From NCBI GenBank assembly GCA_036339375.1, contig JAYZBC010000066.1:11206-75205 (forward strand): 64,000 nucleotides of DNA. The letters run 5' to 3'. The DNA is from Pseudomonadota bacterium. Lineage in GTDB: Bacteria; Pseudomonadota; Alphaproteobacteria; MPNO01; UBA2964. Below are positions 59,739 to 64,000 of this stretch, in pieces (position 1 is the stretch's first letter; every line of letters starts with the position of its first letter). The position numbers and the translations under genes were made by a program. The notes under the pieces are model-generated. The model had not been told where the DNA came from. It was given only the letters and a program-made list of their open reading frames with translations, and did no database searches.

Positions 59739-60533
59739 ATGAGACTTGAAAATCGGATTGCAATAGTCACCGGCGCTGCTGGCGGTATTGGTGAAGGCGT
59801 AGCGAAGGCATTTTCGGCGGAAGGGGCAACCGTCTTAGCGGCGGATTTAAATGAGGATGGTGCCAATGACACCGTTGAATCCATCATTAAAGCAGGGGGG
59901 AAAGGTGAAGTAAGTCTTGTAGATGTAACAAATGAGGATGCTGTTAAAAAGATGGTGTCAGATTTTTCATCCAAACATGGACGTCTTGATATAATTGCAA
60001 ACGTCGCCGGGACAGGACAACGTCACAAATTTTTAGAGGCCACAACCAAAGAGTTCGATCGCGTAATGCGGGTTAATTTGATGGGTACATTTTTATGTGC
60101 ACAAGCAGCAGGGCGGGAAATGGCAAAACAAAATTACGGGCGTATTGTAAACATTGCTTCAATTGCAGGAACTAGGGCAGGTTCAGGCAGAACCGCGTAC
60201 GGTACTTCTAAGTCCGCTGTAATTGGCTTAACAAGACAGGCTGCTCTCGAATTGGCGCAACATGGGATAACTGTAAATGCCGTCGCACCCGGTCCAGTGG
60301 ATACACCTCTTACACGTGTCACTCACAACGAAGCAACCAGAGAGGGTTACAAACAACTGATTCCCCTCGGAAGGTATGGTACAGTAGAAGAAATGGCTGA
60401 TGCAGCTGTTTTCTTAGCTGGAAAACAAGCCTCCTACATAACCGGACATATACTTTATGTGGATGGGGGTTACATTGCAGCAGGTATTGCAAGTGATTTT
60501 GGTGGTGTTATCGATCCAAGCCAAAAAAATTAG
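59739..60533 (+). CDS. short-chain dehydrogenase/reductase
   Basis: TGAAGGIG, YGTSK, VNAVAPG and VDGG motifs. Confidence 0.92.
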   Translation: MRLENRIAIVTGAAGGIGEGVAKAFSAEGATVLAADLNEDGANDTVESIIKAGGKGEVSLVDVTNEDAVKKMVSDFSSKHGRLDIIANVAGTGQRHKFLEATTKEFDRVMRVNLMGTFLCAQAAGREMAKQNYGRIVNIASIAGTRAGSGRTAYGTSKSAVIGLTRQAALELAQHGITVNAVAPGPVDTPLTRVTHNEATREGYKQLIPLGRYGTVEEMADAAVFLAGKQASYITGHILYVDGGYIAAGIASDFGGVIDPSQKN

Positions 60534-60640
60534 GAGCCCGTTATCCACCATTTGGTGTTTTTAAGGAAACTGAACCCTATCCTTGACGCCAGATCTTCCC
60601 CTATCCAAACTAATCGTAAACAAAACGTAGGGGACACGTA

Positions 60641-61630
60641 ATGCTTATAGATATTTACACCCATATTTTTCCGGGGAACTTTTTCGAGCAAATGAGAAAG
60701 GTCGCACCAAGGTTAGAAAATATTGGAAAGCGTATGCAAGCTGTGGTTCCTGTCCACAATCTTGATGAGCGTTTTCGCCTGATGGATGCTTTTGGCGAAT
60801 ATTGCCAATTGATTTCTCTTCCAAACCCGCCTTTAGAAGACATTATGGATGCGGAAACGGGCACCCAGCTTGCTATTGTTGCCAATGATGCAATGGCCAC
60901 TTTATGCACCCAACACCCTGATCGATTTATTGGATTTGCAGCGGCTCTTTCCATGCTTGACATGGAGAGTGCCATGAAGGAACTGCATCGTTCAGTCCAC
61001 GATTTAGGTGCGCGTGGTGTTCAAATTTTTACCAACGTTGCCGGCGAACCGCTTGATAACCCCAAATTTTTACCGATATTTGATGCAATGGCTGAATACG
61101 ATTTACCAATCTGGATGCACCCTGCTCGCGGAGCAGAGGTAACAGATTACCGAAAGGAAGAACGAGGTAGATACGAAATGTGGTGGTGTTTCGGTTGGCC
61201 ATATGAAACATCAGTAGCCATGACCAGACTAGTTTATTCTGGATTATTTGATCGGCATCCAAAACTCAAAATAATTACTCACCATATGGGAGGTATGATT
61301 CCTTATTTTGATGGTCGTGTTGGCCCTGGAATGGACTGCCTTGGTGCCCGAACTACGGATGAAGATTATTCAAAAATTTTTCCAGCGCTAAAAAAGCCGC
61401 ATATTGAATATTTTAAAAACTTCTACGCAGATACGGCAATGTTTGGTGCAAGCCTGGGAATTGAATGCGGTATGAAATTTTTTGGTATTGATCACACTGT
61501 TTTCTCAACCGACTTTCCATTTGCCCCTACAGCTGAAACAATTGAAGCCATTGACGGTTTAGCCCTAGAAAAAAATGATTTGCAAAAACTTTGTTCCGGG
61601 AATGCCGAAAAACTTATGAAACTGCGCTAA
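60641..61630 (+). CDS. amidohydrolase_2 family (ACMSD/aromatic acid decarboxylase-like)
   Basis: IDIYTH, WMHP, GWPYETS, THHMGG and FSTDFPF motifs. Confidence 0.85.
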   Translation: MLIDIYTHIFPGNFFEQMRKVAPRLENIGKRMQAVVPVHNLDERFRLMDAFGEYCQLISLPNPPLEDIMDAETGTQLAIVANDAMATLCTQHPDRFIGFAAALSMLDMESAMKELHRSVHDLGARGVQIFTNVAGEPLDNPKFLPIFDAMAEYDLPIWMHPARGAEVTDYRKEERGRYEMWWCFGWPYETSVAMTRLVYSGLFDRHPKLKIITHHMGGMIPYFDGRVGPGMDCLGARTTDEDYSKIFPALKKPHIEYFKNFYADTAMFGASLGIECGMKFFGIDHTVFSTDFPFAPTAETIEAIDGLALEKNDLQKLCSGNAEKLMKLR

Positions 61631-61677
61631 AAATAGGCTAAATTCTTAATTTTATTAGATTGTCCGAGGATAGTTTT

Positions 61678-62619
61678 ATGGTGAAACGCAAAATTGAAGG
61701 TTCTTTCGTAGCGATAATAACCCCGATGAATGGTGATGGATCTATAGATTTCGAGGGTTTTAGAACTATCCTCAATTTTCAAGAAACGAATGGCACTTCG
61801 GCTGTTCTAATTATGGGCTCCACTGGTGAAGTTTCAATGTTAACACCAGAGGAACGTCGAAAAATTATCTCTGAAACAATAAAAATGAAATCCGGAAAAA
61901 TGGAGTTTTGGTATGGGTGTTCAGGACCAAGCACTGAACAAACAATAGCCTATGTCAAATACGCTGGGACCGAAGGCGCTGACGGCGCCATAATAGCCGC
62001 CCCCTCATACATCTGTGCTCCAGAAGAAGATATAACAGAATATTTTTGGGAGGTGGCAGACGCTAGTAAAATCCCGATAGGGATTTACAATAACCCGCCT
62101 AGAGTAAAAACAGATTTACCGTACACTTCAATCGTTCGTCTAGCAGAGCATCCCAATATAATAGTCAACAAGGAATCAACAGCGCGTGTCGGCCAAATTG
62201 CGCAAACAATAGAAAAAAAACCAGACCTTTCATTAATGTGTTGTGACAGCCCCAACTTGGGTCTGGTAATTCCACTCATGGCATTAGGAGGACAGGGTAC
62301 AGCAAATATGTCTGGTAACTTGATTCCTCAAGAAATGGTTAAAATTTCAACACCTTGGAGGGGCTGGGATGATGCTTTAGCGTGCCGTGAAGCGTGGTTG
62401 AAGAATTTGCCAATGTTAAATTTTACCTATTCCGCAATTAATCCAGTAGCTGTAAAATCTCTCATGCATGCAGTCGGCCTCCCTTCCGGACCACTTCGTA
62501 GACCTCTGAAACAGATTCCTAGAAATCATTTGGCAAAAGGTCTCGTAATATGCCGTAACCTGGGCTTAGACAAGAAGTATGGCTACGCCATTTCTACTCT
62601 TCGCTCTGCAGCAGAATAG
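61678..62619 (+). CDS. DapA/class I aldolase family protein
   Basis: GSTGE, YNNP, KES Schiff-base lysine and NPVAVK; ATG at 61678. Confidence 0.85.
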   Translation: MVKRKIEGSFVAIITPMNGDGSIDFEGFRTILNFQETNGTSAVLIMGSTGEVSMLTPEERRKIISETIKMKSGKMEFWYGCSGPSTEQTIAYVKYAGTEGADGAIIAAPSYICAPEEDITEYFWEVADASKIPIGIYNNPPRVKTDLPYTSIVRLAEHPNIIVNKESTARVGQIAQTIEKKPDLSLMCCDSPNLGLVIPLMALGGQGTANMSGNLIPQEMVKISTPWRGWDDALACREAWLKNLPMLNFTYSAINPVAVKSLMHAVGLPSGPLRRPLKQIPRNHLAKGLVICRNLGLDKKYGYAISTLRSAAE

Positions 62620-62622
62620 AAA

Positions 62623-63381
62623 TCAAGCTAAAGTCAAACCACCATCCACGTGAATAATTTGACCAGTTATAAACTGCGCTTCTTCGGATAAAAGGAAAGC
62701 AACCAGCCCAGCCGTATCTTCAGGTACACCAATTCTTCCCATTGGTGTTTTTTTTGCAGCTGCTTCCCAAGATTTGCTGGAAAGTGCTGAATGACCAGAA
62801 CCATCTTTCTGCGTATACCCAGGCGCCACACAATTGACCGTAACCTGATCCGTAGCTAGCTGGGCAGCTAAAGATTTAGCTAAAGATTCTAAGCTGGCTT
62901 TTGCAGCCGCTGTTGCAGGAAAAAGGCTGTCAATGGCATATACATGTGCTGCAAAAGAACTCACAGCTACAACACGGCCTATGGTTGCGCTTTTCAAATA
63001 GGGTATGGCCAAAGTCACAATTCGAAAGAATGCTTCGGGCATGGCTTTTTCAGCTTCTATGATTGTTTTTGCATCAATGTCACCAAAGATTCTCCTATCG
63101 GCGAAACCCGCGTTACTCACAATTTGATCAAGGCAACCAAAATTTTTAATGGCTTCGTTGACCAAAATTTCAGCAGTTTTCGGATCTGCTAAATCACCGA
63201 GAATAACTTTTACCTCTGATCCATTTTTACGACATTTATCTGCTACTTTTTCTAATCCAATTAGATTTTTTCGCGAATGCAAAACTAATTGTTTTTTCTC
63301 ACCAGCGACTCGTTTGGCAATTGCTGCACCTATTCCACTGGCTGCCCCCGTAACAAGCAGCGTTTGTATTTGATCATTCAT
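62623..63381 (-). CDS. short-chain dehydrogenase/reductase (atypical, TxxxK in place of YxxxK)
   Basis: TGAASGIG, SNAG, FPATAAAK, VNCVAPG and VDGG motifs. Confidence 0.87.
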   Translation of the reverse strand: MNDQIQTLLVTGAASGIGAAIAKRVAGEKKQLVLHSRKNLIGLEKVADKCRKNGSEVKVILGDLADPKTAEILVNEAIKNFGCLDQIVSNAGFADRRIFGDIDAKTIIEAEKAMPEAFFRIVTLAIPYLKSATIGRVVAVSSFAAHVYAIDSLFPATAAAKASLESLAKSLAAQLATDQVTVNCVAPGYTQKDGSGHSALSSKSWEAAAKKTPMGRIGVPEDTAGLVAFLLSEEAQFITGQIIHVDGGLTLA

Positions 63382-63401
63382 TTTAAAATTTTGTTTTACA
63401 T

Positions 63402-63617
63402 TTAAAGTTCATGGGATCCGTCGCAAAGGGGAGCATTCTGGCTTCTTTTACAGCCACAAAAAGTCACCCTTCGGTCACGTTTCGCCACATATTTTATTGG
63501 CGATAATGCAGTCGTTTTGTGCGATCCGTCACAAAACGGCTGGGACTGACTTTTGCCACATGCACACCACCAATACTCTTTACCCTCCTCTACCATTCTC
63601 TCGTAATAAATGGCCAT
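63402..63617 (-). CDS. CDGSH iron-sulfur (NEET) protein with two CDGSH motifs
   Basis: WCACGKSQSQPFCDGSH and FCGCKRSQNAPLCDGSH; GGGAG RBS. Confidence 0.92.
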   Translation of the reverse strand: MAIYYERMVEEGKEYWWCACGKSQSQPFCDGSHKTTALSPIKYVAKRDRRVTFCGCKRSQNAPLCDGSHEL

Positions 63618-64000
63618 TTTACCACTCCCATATGAGGATTGATTTTATGGTTTATTCATACCATAAAAAATAATTAACCTGAGAGGTCAAGGTTTCATAG
63701 CAACATAAAGGGAAATTATGCGTTCTCAAATTAAGCTTGTTTGCGCAAATAACCAAACCGAGCCCTAAAACCTGTGACAATACCCCTGAAAAATAAATTT
63801 TTAGTTTATCTTTGGGAAAGTTCCCTGTATTCCCTTTTGAGTAGCGAATTTTTTTGCCTTCTTATGGAAAATATTTATATTCAATACATAATTTTAATGG
63901 CTGATAACAGAGCAAGAAGAAAGACACAGAGAATTAAAAAAATGCAATATATCGTCTTCAATTTACTTTTAATAAATTTTATCTGTCTTCTTTTTTACAC

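Noticed and set aside
63618-63659. In-frame ATG-AAT-AAA-CCA-TAA upstream of the CDGSH gene, suggesting a nonsense-truncated N-terminus
   Set aside because: The ATG at 63617 has its own GGGAG RBS and both CDGSH motifs are intact; likely chance.
63942-64000. Open hydrophobic reading frame (MQYIVFNLLLINFICLLFY) at the window end
   Set aside because: Only 19 codons in very AT-rich DNA; cannot be supported as a gene from this window.
1-64000. CRISPR arrays, tRNA/rRNA genes, prophage, integrase, transposase or defence genes
   Set aside because: No regularly spaced repeats, RNA-gene signatures or such protein motifs were seen by eye; short or degenerate elements could have been missed.

Overview
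AT-rich alphaproteobacterial chromosomal segment, probably from a marine Rhodospirillales-like organism (inferred from gene order and protein style, not from a database search). 1-19.4 kb is mostly housekeeping: fabF/acpP/fabG/fabD, rpsF-rpsR-DUF2232-rplI, NAD kinase, thiO-thiS-thiG-thiE, infA, three tandem MFS paralogs, an unusual three-domain Nfu protein, a VacJ/MlaA homolog and a solitary hpnD. 19.8-27.7 kb is a visibly GC-richer block (fused 5-oxoprolinase, LLM oxidoreductase, two-subunit family I CoA-transferase, PLP enzyme). 28-64 kb is a dense catabolic region with host-like composition and no regulator gene, dedicated to aromatic/heteroaromatic acids and amines. It holds a phthaloyl-CoA decarboxylase-type UbiD directly upstream of an AtdA1/TdnQ-type glutamylating enzyme and an aniline-dioxygenase-type Rieske pair. 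It also holds a 4,5-dihydroxyphthalate decarboxylase homolog, two more Rieske alpha subunits, a benzoate-CoA ligase, an HmfABC-type molybdenum hydroxylase, HpaB, a split ADP-forming acyl-CoA synthetase and an atypical E1 alpha/beta pair without E2/E3. No rRNA, tRNA, CRISPR array, integrase or transposase was recognised. All family calls come from motif recognition and recall of family sequences; no search was run.
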